Source of the DNA: a virus
Reading direction: 5' to 3' (one strand)
Virus record (IMG/VR): IMGVR_UViG_3300044716_000068
DNA length: 64,000 nucleotides
The position numbers and the translations under genes are program-made. How positions within the stretch are numbered: the first letter of the stretch is position 1; every line of letters starts with the position of its first letter. The notes under the pieces are model-generated. The model saw nothing but the letters and a program-made list of their open reading frames with translations. It was not told the DNA's origin and did not search any database. Of the stretch, positions 44,746-52,627 are shown in pieces.

Positions 44746-45995
44746 TATAAATACTGTTTGAATATATTTGTCATTCCATCAGTCTCATCTATCAAGAATG
44801 CTGTCACTTCTGCTTTAGACATTACGTGACCATTCTTATCATCCCAAAGACTCTTTGCATTTGAGAATGCTGGAATTTGGTAAAATTTAATACCATTAAA
44901 ATCATGACTCACCTCGTGGTGTTTGTCTCCTGTAAATATATAGAAGTTATCATAATCAGACCAGTTGTTCTTAAACTCAATTGGAAATATACCAGCAAGC
45001 TTTACAGGCTTAATAGCATCTCCATGGTTAAACATCATTGCTGTATTACCATATCCTATGTATTTTCTATATTTAGGGCTGATGTTAAAGTCAGCTCTTT
45101 CTTCTTTTCTAAAATACGTTTGTAACCAATTAACCATATGCCATCCTACAAACTCATCATGATTACCAGCTACATACACTACGTTAACATTTTTAGCATA
45201 TTGTAATAACATTGTAATTACAAGTATTTCATGATTACATATCTTAAGAAATCCTTCATGATATGTACCTATATTAGTTTGAGGAGTTCCTTTTGTAGTG
45301 TTGTTAGTATGCTCACTGTTAAACTCATCTGAACCAATTATGTAAGTGATGTGATCTAGATTGTTAGATAGTTGAGCTTGAGTTAAAATAAGTTCTGTTT
45401 TAAACATCATTCTAGCAAACCTTTCTTCTATATCATTATTTCCATCTATGTCAAACTTATTCAAATGTGAGTCTTGTTTATTAATAACTAAACAAGCATG
45501 TTGCTTAGTTGGAACAAACTTAGGACTTATAACTGCTTGACTTACAGGCTCATATGAAGCTAAAAAGTCTACAAAACTATCTTGAAAAACTTGCTCTGTA
45601 GACTTCTTTCCTAACCATGCTTTGACTTGCCAATGAGGATTTCCACCATTCCCCCAGAAGTTTTGTACATATTTAGTTATTTCCCATTTCTCTGTATCTA
45701 TCTTACACTTATTAATTAACTCATCTAAGCTCTTTACTTCTTCGCTAAAATTAGCTACCACCTCTCCTGTACCCTTTACAAGGTCTTCTGTAAACTTAAC
45801 AACCCTATCTTCTAAGTCTGTTATATAGTTTCCAATCTCTGCATTTTCTTGAGCCACCTCTTCATTTCTTAGTTCTTTTAGTAAATCATCAACCTCTAAT
45901 TCTGTAATTCCAAGCTTATCAGCGTAGAACTTCTTGCTCTTTTTCCAATGTAGAATGTCTTCTAACTGTTGTAGTAAGGATTGGTTTTCAGGCAT
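44745..45995 (-). CDS. calcineurin-like metallophosphoesterase (416 aa)
   Basis: Motifs VYVAGNHDEF (GNH[DE]), NHGDAIKP and FTGDKHHEVSHD (GD/GHxH-like) lie in the C-terminal half. They match the metallophosphoesterase motif III/IV/V pattern. Confidence 0.55.
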   Translation of the reverse strand: MPENQSLLQQLEDILHWKKSKKFYADKLGITELEVDDLLKELRNEEVAQENAEIGNYITDLEDRVVKFTEDLVKGTGEVVANFSEEVKSLDELINKCKIDTEKWEITKYVQNFWGNGGNPHWQVKAWLGKKSTEQVFQDSFVDFLASYEPVSQAVISPKFVPTKQHACLVINKQDSHLNKFDIDGNNDIEERFARMMFKTELILTQAQLSNNLDHITYIIGSDEFNSEHTNNTTKGTPQTNIGTYHEGFLKICNHEILVITMLLQYAKNVNVVYVAGNHDEFVGWHMVNWLQTYFRKEERADFNISPKYRKYIGYGNTAMMFNHGDAIKPVKLAGIFPIEFKNNWSDYDNFYIFTGDKHHEVSHDFNGIKFYQIPAFSNAKSLWDDKNGHVMSKAEVTAFLIDETDGMTNIFKQYL

Positions 45996-46104
45996 ATGTA
46001 GCTAAGTTTAATTAAAATTAGCGTAAAGATAGGAACTATTTCTGATATACCCAAAAATTTACTAACTAATTTAATTATATAGAATAACTTTTTTTGTTAG
46101 AGTT

Positions 46105-46140
46105 AAAACAAAAACCCCCAGCCTAGAAAGGCCAGGGGGT
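46105..46140 (-). terminator. rho-independent terminator (GC hairpin followed by U-tract on the minus-strand transcript)
   Basis: The minus-strand RNA reads CCCCCUGGCC-UUUCUA-GGCUGGGGG followed by UUUUUGUUUU. It is the only GC-rich hairpin in the 194-bp gap between the 182-aa gene and the phosphoesterase gene. Confidence 0.55.
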
Positions 46141-46189
46141 ACTCTGTAAACCAACAAACAGGGTTTTTGATATATTAAATGTTAATCTA

Positions 46190-46738
46190 TTAACAGCTTA
46201 CATAGTTTGTAAGTTCTCCATTAACATCTACTTCCACTGCATAATCAGTACCACTTCTGGTTAATTTTCTCCATCCCACTGAACCAACAAATGGTGTTGT
46301 CAAACTTGGACTATCATAGAAAATCATTGTTACAATAGGAACAGTATATCCAGGTAAAGCATAAACAAGACTTGTTGTAGTTGAACCACTACAAGCACTA
46401 GCAGAACTACCTGTAGCTGAGTTATCAATTGTATATTCCACAGGTCCTGCTACAGTAGTTGTTGTAGTTGTTGTACTAGTACTAGTAGATGTGGTAGATG
46501 TAGTTGTTGTGGTGGTTCCTCCAGAAATAAGCATGTCAAGAGAGTTGGTACATGTTGCCAAAGAGGTCACTCTAATAATAGTAGCTCCATCAGGTACACC
46601 TGTTAGGGTGTATCCTGCTTGTAAGGCTGCTTTTGATATACCAGAAGCTAAGGGTGTAGTGTATCCATCTGCATCTGAATAGATGTCAAATGGGCCTGTA
46701 TCTGCCCCAGCTAGGGTTAATGTTACTAAGACTGTCAT
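46190..46738 (-). CDS. hypothetical tail-fibre-associated protein (182 aa) with GPF N-domain and poly-Thr/Ser linker
   Basis: N-domain is homologous to the 289-aa protein. It is followed by GGTTTTTTSTTSTSTSTTTTTTTVAGP and a C-terminal globular part. Confidence 0.45.
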   Translation of the reverse strand: MTVLVTLTLAGADTGPFDIYSDADGYTTPLASGISKAALQAGYTLTGVPDGATIIRVTSLATCTNSLDMLISGGTTTTTTSTTSTSTSTTTTTTTVAGPVEYTIDNSATGSSASACSGSTTTSLVYALPGYTVPIVTMIFYDSPSLTTPFVGSVGWRKLTRSGTDYAVEVDVNGELTNYVSC

Positions 46739-46760
46739 TTTTTAAATTGATTTTGATTGG

Positions 46761-47024
46761 TTATGGACATTGATTCAATAAATTACAAAGAGCAGTTTGT
46801 AATTGTACACTATTTCCAATAGCAGTTAAGATTGTTTGGGCTAATAGTGTTGGATCTAAATCAGCGTCTATCTTTTGGAGAGCCACTGTTAAGTTATCAT
46901 TTGTTTCTATACCTGTATTAGGAAGATTAGGGCCTGTGTATTTTATATTGTTTGTACCAATACAATATACAGGACCTGCAGTTTGTCCTTCTGGGGTATA
47001 ACATGGATTATAAATATTAACCAT
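46761..47024 (-). CDS. small protein (87 aa) consisting of the shared tail-fibre N-terminal adaptor domain
   Basis: YTGPNLPNTGIETNDNLTVALQKIDADL aligns with YTGINTNDNLQTALQKIDAKF of the mega-fibre and with the 394-aa protein N-region. Confidence 0.45.
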   Translation of the reverse strand: MVNIYNPCYTPEGQTAGPVYCIGTNNIKYTGPNLPNTGIETNDNLTVALQKIDADLDPTLLAQTILTAIGNSVQLQTALCNLLNQCP

Positions 47025-47033
47025 TTTTTTCTA

Positions 47034-48218
47034 TTAAGGGATGTACATTATATAATATGCAGCAATTACAGGTTGTATGTTTAAATGAGCTCCATCATTA
47101 CCTGTAGGGTCAACTGTTATAGCCACATTATTAGGAGCATTGGAAGTCACTGTAATTCCAGTGGTAGCTGTTGTTGTTTGAACATTAAAAGGGCTTCTGT
47201 TTACAATACCAATATTACCAGCACTATCCCAACCTTCTGGTGAATTGCCAAGATAATGACTATGACCAGGGTCGTTCAATGTAACAGTTGCTGTACCTAA
47301 AGCATTGTGTGAGTGGGCTGGCAATTGTGAAGGAATAAGCACTATTGTATTTGCTCCTGCTGTACCAGATAAAGCATAGTTAGGGTTGCCAGCAAAAGCA
47401 GGATTAACAGCAGCATCAAGACCAATTCCTACAGGAGGTACACTAGCAATAGCTCCTACAGCAACACGTCCTCTTTTATCAGGAGTGCCATTTAAGCCAT
47501 TGCATAGATACACCTTGTTGAAACCATTTGCTGGAATACCAGCACCTGTTCCATCAAAGTCAGTCAATGACCCATAATATTCATATGCTACAAAAGGAAC
47601 CATCTTTGAAGACTGCTGGGTAGAACCACCTGCTTGACTAGCTAAATAAGCAGCAATTAAAGCATCTAGGTCTGCAAGCTTAACATAGTTTGTATCTAAG
47701 TCTAAAGTAAGAGCAGCTAAGTTAGCTTCAACTATACAAAGCTTTGTTATAACAGCTTGTAATACAGCATGTGTATCACTAGAGTCTGTTACACCACTTA
47801 GACAGTCTACATCATAATCAGCATTCAATATAGCAATTTCAGCTTCTACAGCATCAACTTGTACTTGTAAATCACAAGCAGCTCTTACTAAAGCAGACAA
47901 CACCTCAACTAAGTTAGGTGTTCCTACTGGTAAGTATTGATCTACTAGTTCACAATAATAAGCAGGATTGATAGTTATGTCAATACCTGTTCCATCTAAG
48001 AAGGAAACAACAGTATCAATTAATATATTCTCTACAGTGAGCAATGAGTCTCCTGTTGTAATACCCAATGCTTCAGAGCCAATACCTGTATATCTAACAC
48101 ATTGATCAGATACAATCTCTACACAGCCATTATAACAGGCATCACAAGGTCTTATTGTTGTACTGGTAGAAGTGGTACTTGTAGTAGTAGTAGTAGTAGT
48201 AGTGGTATCTTCTGGCAT
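47034..48218 (-). CDS. tail fibre protein (394 aa): poly-Thr N-terminus, shared adaptor domain, phage tail collar domain, HxH-containing distal tip
   Basis: The N-terminus is MPEDTTTTTTTTTSTTSTSTT. CDACYNGCVEIVSDQCVRYTGIGSEALGITTGDSLLTVENIL is the shared adaptor. VYLCNGLNGTPDKRGRVAVG matches the tail collar (LCNGQ...LPDLRGR) motif. LPAHSHNALGTATV...DPGHSHYLG are HxH motifs as found in T4-type fibre tips. Confidence 0.65.
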   Translation of the reverse strand: MPEDTTTTTTTTTSTTSTSTTIRPCDACYNGCVEIVSDQCVRYTGIGSEALGITTGDSLLTVENILIDTVVSFLDGTGIDITINPAYYCELVDQYLPVGTPNLVEVLSALVRAACDLQVQVDAVEAEIAILNADYDVDCLSGVTDSSDTHAVLQAVITKLCIVEANLAALTLDLDTNYVKLADLDALIAAYLASQAGGSTQQSSKMVPFVAYEYYGSLTDFDGTGAGIPANGFNKVYLCNGLNGTPDKRGRVAVGAIASVPPVGIGLDAAVNPAFAGNPNYALSGTAGANTIVLIPSQLPAHSHNALGTATVTLNDPGHSHYLGNSPEGWDSAGNIGIVNRSPFNVQTTTATTGITVTSNAPNNVAITVDPTGNDGAHLNIQPVIAAYYIMYIP

Positions 48219-48226
48219 TTTATAAT

Positions 48227-48550
48227 TTATTTATGAATTAAAATTTTAACTCTACTAGCTATTCTTTGTACAGAGAAATGGTTGGCATAGTCTGGATTAC
48301 AATACTTGTATGTTAGTATTCTTTTGTAATTCAACAACTCACCAATTGGACTACACGCAAGGCTATAGTTCATAGAGAATATGATATTGTTATATTGAAT
48401 CTTAGCTAACTCAGTTAGCTTATAGTCAATATCTTGAAGCAAGACAGGGATGCTTGCACATTCTATACAGTTAGTTAATCTTGGCTGCAACATATTTAAT
48501 AAGGTTTGTAGCTTGTTTAACAGCAGCATTGCATGCTGAACATAAGCCAT
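48227..48550 (-). CDS. hypothetical protein (107 aa)
   Basis: ORF only. Confidence 0.35.
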   Translation of the reverse strand: MAYVQHAMLLLNKLQTLLNMLQPRLTNCIECASIPVLLQDIDYKLTELAKIQYNNIIFSMNYSLACSPIGELLNYKRILTYKYCNPDYANHFSVQRIASRVKILIHK

Positions 48551-48606
48551 TAATCAATTGACATCCACAACCAAATTTAGCTCCACAGTTTCTACAGTTT
48601 GCCATA

Positions 48607-49164
48607 TTAATAAAAGTTAATGATGTAATTATTTCCAGAACAACCACAGTTGCTCCTAATAAAATTGTTTAACATATTATTTGCTTGCATATAAAGCTTA
48701 TTAGCAGTATCTATAGCACAGTTGTTTGCAGCAGCTATTGAACCTGATATCATATAATAGATGCTAGTCAATGCCACTTTTGATTGTGTTTTGATAGCAA
48801 GATCACATTCCATTAAATCAAGTTTCATAAAAGCATTATCAAACTTCTCTTGTATAAGCTCAGTACGCATGATGTTTCTTTCTACATGATACGTAATAGC
48901 AGGTGCCACTGTATACCTTAGATAGTATATACCATCTGGTAGAGGAATTAATGGTTCACCTACAAGACTAAGTCCTAAAGATGTAGAATTGAATATATTA
49001 AAGTCATTTGGAACAAATGGTAAAGATACCACTCCAAAATTGGGTACTGTTATTTCTATTGTAGGGGAGCTCACAACAGGAGGATCTGTGTCATATGTTG
49101 AAGCGTCAGCAATACCTAGTGTTAAGGTATTGTAAGTTGGTATTACCAATATATCTAAGACCAT
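48607..49164 (-). CDS. hypothetical structural protein (185 aa)
   Basis: ORF only. Confidence 0.35.
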   Translation of the reverse strand: MVLDILVIPTYNTLTLGIADASTYDTDPPVVSSPTIEITVPNFGVVSLPFVPNDFNIFNSTSLGLSLVGEPLIPLPDGIYYLRYTVAPAITYHVERNIMRTELIQEKFDNAFMKLDLMECDLAIKTQSKVALTSIYYMISGSIAAANNCAIDTANKLYMQANNMLNNFIRSNCGCSGNNYIINFY

Positions 49165-49246
49165 GTTATTTAAAATAAAAATGCCAGAGGATTTGAGAAT
49201 ATCCTCTCACCCTCTGGCATAGGTTAATATGATAACTACCTTACTA

Positions 49247-50407
49247 TTAAGGAATTAAAGTAGTTGTTGTTGAAGTACTAGGCCATACAGTTGTAGTGGT
49301 AGACGTTGTTGTAATACAAGCGTTATCACTAGCAACAGTTCCTAAAGCAGCTTCTAATATAGCTTCAATTGCAGCACTTAAGCTCTGAGGACTAGCTATA
49401 ATTACAGTGCTATCTTCCATAATGTAATCACCCCATTGATAAGCTGACTTGTCATACTCGTTAAACTTGATGTAGTAGGTATCATAGGTAGTACCATCTG
49501 TTACCCAACTTTCAAAGTTTTCATTATAACCAGCCATTCTGTAAAGATGCTTTAAGTAACCAGCTTGGTAGCTATAGAAATTCTTTTCTAATTGTTGAAT
49601 TTCTGCAGAAGTACCTAGAGGGTAGCTAGAGCGTTGAGTGATAACAGGTTCAGCAACAAAGTTACATCTGTCAGCCACAATAAAGTCAGCAGTAGTTGCA
49701 GGACCAGAATACACAAATGTGCGGAAGTAAAATCTGTCATACTCCCAAGGGAATGCAGCAACGTCACATGGTTGACCATATTGAGTTAGAGGCTTACCAG
49801 AGATAACTAATACAGCATCTGCATCATTACCAACTCTTTGGAATTGGTAGAAAGTGTTAAAGCTAATGTTGTCTGGGTTATCACCAGGAGCTTGTTGTGT
49901 TAACTTGATGATAAATTGATCAATTAATGCAGGAACGTCTACATCAGTGCAAGGATCACCACCACAATCACAACATGGAGCTTGTACAGTTACACTACGA
50001 GTGAAACCATTGAAGTATAAGGTGTCAACGTAAGAAGAGTGACCACGTAACGTTAATGTTACGATCTCACCACATTTTACTGTCCAACCACCAACTTCAG
50101 TTACTTGGTTAGCTACTGTAGCACATCCTGTAACTTTGTACCATTCTGTTACATTAGATTTGCAAGAAGAACCTGAAGGACATCCAGAAATTTTATCTGA
50201 ACGCTTAGATCCTTGTAAATAAGTGTTTACTCTACCTTGAGCTGCATAAAAATAGGGGGATGCTGCAATGTTACCAGCGTTAGCCACTGTATAATCACTA
50301 CGAAACAATCCAAATTGACCAGCTGTTAAATCTTGTGTTGAGCCAGAGCTAGGTAAAGTATTGCCTACTGGTACAACAAAGAGCGTGGTTAGGGAAAAAT
50401 CTGCCAT
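49247..50407 (-). CDS. hypothetical structural protein (386 aa) with Cys-rich core and C-terminal Thr/Ser tract
   Basis: The ORF ends ...ACITTTSTTTTVWPSTSTTTTLIP. Internal Cys-rich segments include QAPCCDCGGDPC and DVDVPALID. Confidence 0.4.
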   Translation of the reverse strand: MADFSLTTLFVVPVGNTLPSSGSTQDLTAGQFGLFRSDYTVANAGNIAASPYFYAAQGRVNTYLQGSKRSDKISGCPSGSSCKSNVTEWYKVTGCATVANQVTEVGGWTVKCGEIVTLTLRGHSSYVDTLYFNGFTRSVTVQAPCCDCGGDPCTDVDVPALIDQFIIKLTQQAPGDNPDNISFNTFYQFQRVGNDADAVLVISGKPLTQYGQPCDVAAFPWEYDRFYFRTFVYSGPATTADFIVADRCNFVAEPVITQRSSYPLGTSAEIQQLEKNFYSYQAGYLKHLYRMAGYNENFESWVTDGTTYDTYYIKFNEYDKSAYQWGDYIMEDSTVIIASPQSLSAAIEAILEAALGTVASDNACITTTSTTTTVWPSTSTTTTLIP

Positions 50408-50433
50408 TTTGTTTTATTTTAAATTGTAAAAAA

Positions 50434-51165
50434 TTACTCGTTTGTTTGTATTCTATATATAGAGCTTTGAACAGCAGATTGATTTTCTGTGTACATTGCT
50501 AAATTTTGTACTGTAAGATCTAGTAACTCATCTTCAAGATAGGTTTCTAGTTCACAAGGAGAATCAATTGAATTTGTGCCATCAAATCTAACGTACCCAA
50601 CTTTATCTATGTATTGTGGGTAACGCATATATGAAATGTATATATTAGTTGGTGTAAAAGTACCATCTGTAAATATAGAGATTTCATCAGAAGATAAGGA
50701 ATTGAACGTTTCTTGATATTCAAAAGATGGTCTATAGTGAGTGTTAGTTAAACAAAACTGTAGATCACCATGTTTAGCAAGATCTCTATTAATCCAAATC
50801 TTTCTATCTGTACACACTCCTTTGTCTGCCAATACATAACTATCAATATAGAACATGTATTTAGGAGTGAGTAAATGTATGTTTGCAGACCATTGATTTA
50901 ATTCAGCGTTCTTAATTGTTAAGTTAAGAGGCTGATGGTTATAGGTCAACACCAGACTTTGTAGGTCTTCATAACGCTTTTTAAAAGAGTCTAGACCCAT
51001 TCCTGATACAGTACTAAAACCATCAACCTTTTGCTTTATAAGTTTTATCTGAGCTTCATTCAACGCTAGAATTTTATCTTCTAGGTTGATTTGTTGATGT
51101 TCATTTGTTGATAGTTTATTTAGTTTCTGATCAATTTTGTATAATAAACTATCTACAGGGATCAT
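50434..51165 (-). CDS. hypothetical protein (243 aa)
   Basis: ORF with 4-nt overlap to the upstream gene. No motif recognised. Confidence 0.4.
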   Translation of the reverse strand: MIPVDSLLYKIDQKLNKLSTNEHQQINLEDKILALNEAQIKLIKQKVDGFSTVSGMGLDSFKKRYEDLQSLVLTYNHQPLNLTIKNAELNQWSANIHLLTPKYMFYIDSYVLADKGVCTDRKIWINRDLAKHGDLQFCLTNTHYRPSFEYQETFNSLSSDEISIFTDGTFTPTNIYISYMRYPQYIDKVGYVRFDGTNSIDSPCELETYLEDELLDLTVQNLAMYTENQSAVQSSIYRIQTNE

Positions 51166-52127
51166 AATGCAGCTATTTTTTTACCTTTTAATTTACCTTC
51201 TAAAATCAATAATTGATCTTGATTATCATCATCTGCTAAGAACTTAACTAAATCATCTTCATCCTTAGCTATTTCAAACTCACCTTCATAGATCTTACCA
51301 TTTGGTTTAGCTCTATATACTGAGTGAGCAACTGCTTGTTTAACCAAGTCTTTAATATGGAGTAAGTTTTCCTTCATGTCTGCAAATCTGTTAAACACCT
51401 CAATTGGACTTAACCCTTGATATTTGCCATTCTTGAATTCTGTTTGTTTTAATAGGTTATCCACCTGATTGTATACAGATTCTTCTTTTGAATCATCTGA
51501 TATTGGAAGACCAAGTAGACGAGCTACCTTCTTCTTTTTGTCAGGAGTCATATCATCAAACTTGATGATTGCTTTATTAATAAGTTGTTTCTTTTTAAAG
51601 ATCACTTTACTTTCAATCTCATCATCAGCAACATAATATTGAACGTCTGCTGGATATTCACCACGCTCCCAAGCTTGATAGCTAGAAGCAATTGTTGGAT
51701 GAACTCTTAACCATGAGAATGCTAATTCTTGTAATGGAATACTTAAGTCATAATAATTATCACCATCTGACAATTTAACTGGTTGCACGTGCAGAGAGTC
51801 ATCAACAGAAGTTGATAAGCCATAATTCCAGAACTGAGCACGAGGATTTAAATCAACGTTCAAAGCATCTTCAAGCTTTTGTTTTAATTCTGTTACTCTT
51901 TCAATCTCCATCTCTCTTTCAAGAGGATCAGAGATCCTTCTGATGTAAGCAGCTTTAGGATCTAACCCTGTTCTGTACTGACCATCTAACTCTTTGTAAG
52001 GATACTTAAATACACCTGTACCAGGGATTCTTGTGTAACCTTTCATTGCAAGTCCACCTTGCATTGTCTGCAATTGTGAATTATTGTACTCTTTCTTAAT
52101 AGTAGAGATTTTTCCTATCTTACCCAT
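51162..52127 (-). CDS. hypothetical head-associated protein (321 aa)
   Basis: ORF downstream of the MCP/HNH genes. Charged and helical. Confidence 0.4.
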   Translation of the reverse strand: MGKIGKISTIKKEYNNSQLQTMQGGLAMKGYTRIPGTGVFKYPYKELDGQYRTGLDPKAAYIRRISDPLEREMEIERVTELKQKLEDALNVDLNPRAQFWNYGLSTSVDDSLHVQPVKLSDGDNYYDLSIPLQELAFSWLRVHPTIASSYQAWERGEYPADVQYYVADDEIESKVIFKKKQLINKAIIKFDDMTPDKKKKVARLLGLPISDDSKEESVYNQVDNLLKQTEFKNGKYQGLSPIEVFNRFADMKENLLHIKDLVKQAVAHSVYRAKPNGKIYEGEFEIAKDEDDLVKFLADDDNQDQLLILEGKLKGKKIAAL

Positions 52128-52130
52128 TTT

Positions 52131-52535
52131 TTATGTAGTTTTTGTTTGGTTTATAAAAAGTTTATTTCTTCTTTCAATTGTTTTAATTCTATGACAATTT
52201 GCACATCTCACTTCACATTTACTCATCTCATTAGTTAGTCTTTCTAAAGACCATGCATTATTTACTGCATGAGATATGTTTCCTTCCTTGTCATCATTTA
52301 TATGATCAAATTCTAGAACTCTTATATCTGTGTTTCCACAGTCTACACAAGGATGATTATTTAAGTAATTTGTTACGAATTCTCTGTTTCTCTTTTTACA
52401 AACCTCTCTAGAACTGCTTCTATTGAGCTTGATAGATTCTTCCTTATTCAAACATTTATACCTACCCATATGTAGTTTTATTTGCAGATGGCTCCCATTG
52501 AAGGGAATGCAGTGGGGCATGTAGCCCAAACTCAT
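52131..52535 (-). CDS. HNH homing endonuclease
   Basis: CVDCGNTDIRVLEFDHINDDKEGNISHAVNNAWSLERLTNEMSKCEVRCANCHRIKT matches the HNH pattern C.DCG...L.FDH...N......N...LC..CH. The true start may be the internal MGRYKC (aa 23), because the annotated N-terminus runs into a GC-hairpin region. Confidence 0.75.
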   Translation of the reverse strand: MSLGYMPHCIPFNGSHLQIKLHMGRYKCLNKEESIKLNRSSSREVCKKRNREFVTNYLNNHPCVDCGNTDIRVLEFDHINDDKEGNISHAVNNAWSLERLTNEMSKCEVRCANCHRIKTIERRNKLFINQTKTT

Positions 52536-52547
52536 CCATCTGTGTGA

Positions 52548-52586
52548 GAAGACTCCCCCACTGGGAGGAGTGGGGGGGAATTCTTC
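52548..52586 (-). promoter_or_regulatory. long GC-rich imperfect stem-loop between the MCP and HNH genes (possible terminator/attenuator or RNA processing site)
   Basis: GAAGACTCCCCCACT-GGGAGG-AGTGGGGGGGAATTCTTC has a ~15-bp imperfect stem. Additional small GC hairpins lie at 52496-52535. There is no clear U-tract on the minus transcript. Confidence 0.4.
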
Positions 52587-52627
52587 TCTGTATTTGTAGA
52601 GCGTAGTTCTAACCTTGCTCTAGATTT

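Noticed and set aside
45996-46189. Bacteroidota -7 TAnnTTTG promoter search in the 194-bp gap upstream of the phosphoesterase gene
   Set aside because: No convincing CAAAnnTA (plus-strand) match with properly spaced upstream TTG. Only the terminator hairpin is well supported.
46738-47024. Possibility that the 87-aa adaptor ORF and the 182-aa ORF are one frameshifted or pseudogenised fibre gene
   Set aside because: The 22-nt gap is not a multiple of three. The 182-aa ORF begins with the same GPF domain that starts the independent 289-aa protein at its own ATG. This favours two separate genes, although a programmed frameshift cannot be excluded without proteomics.
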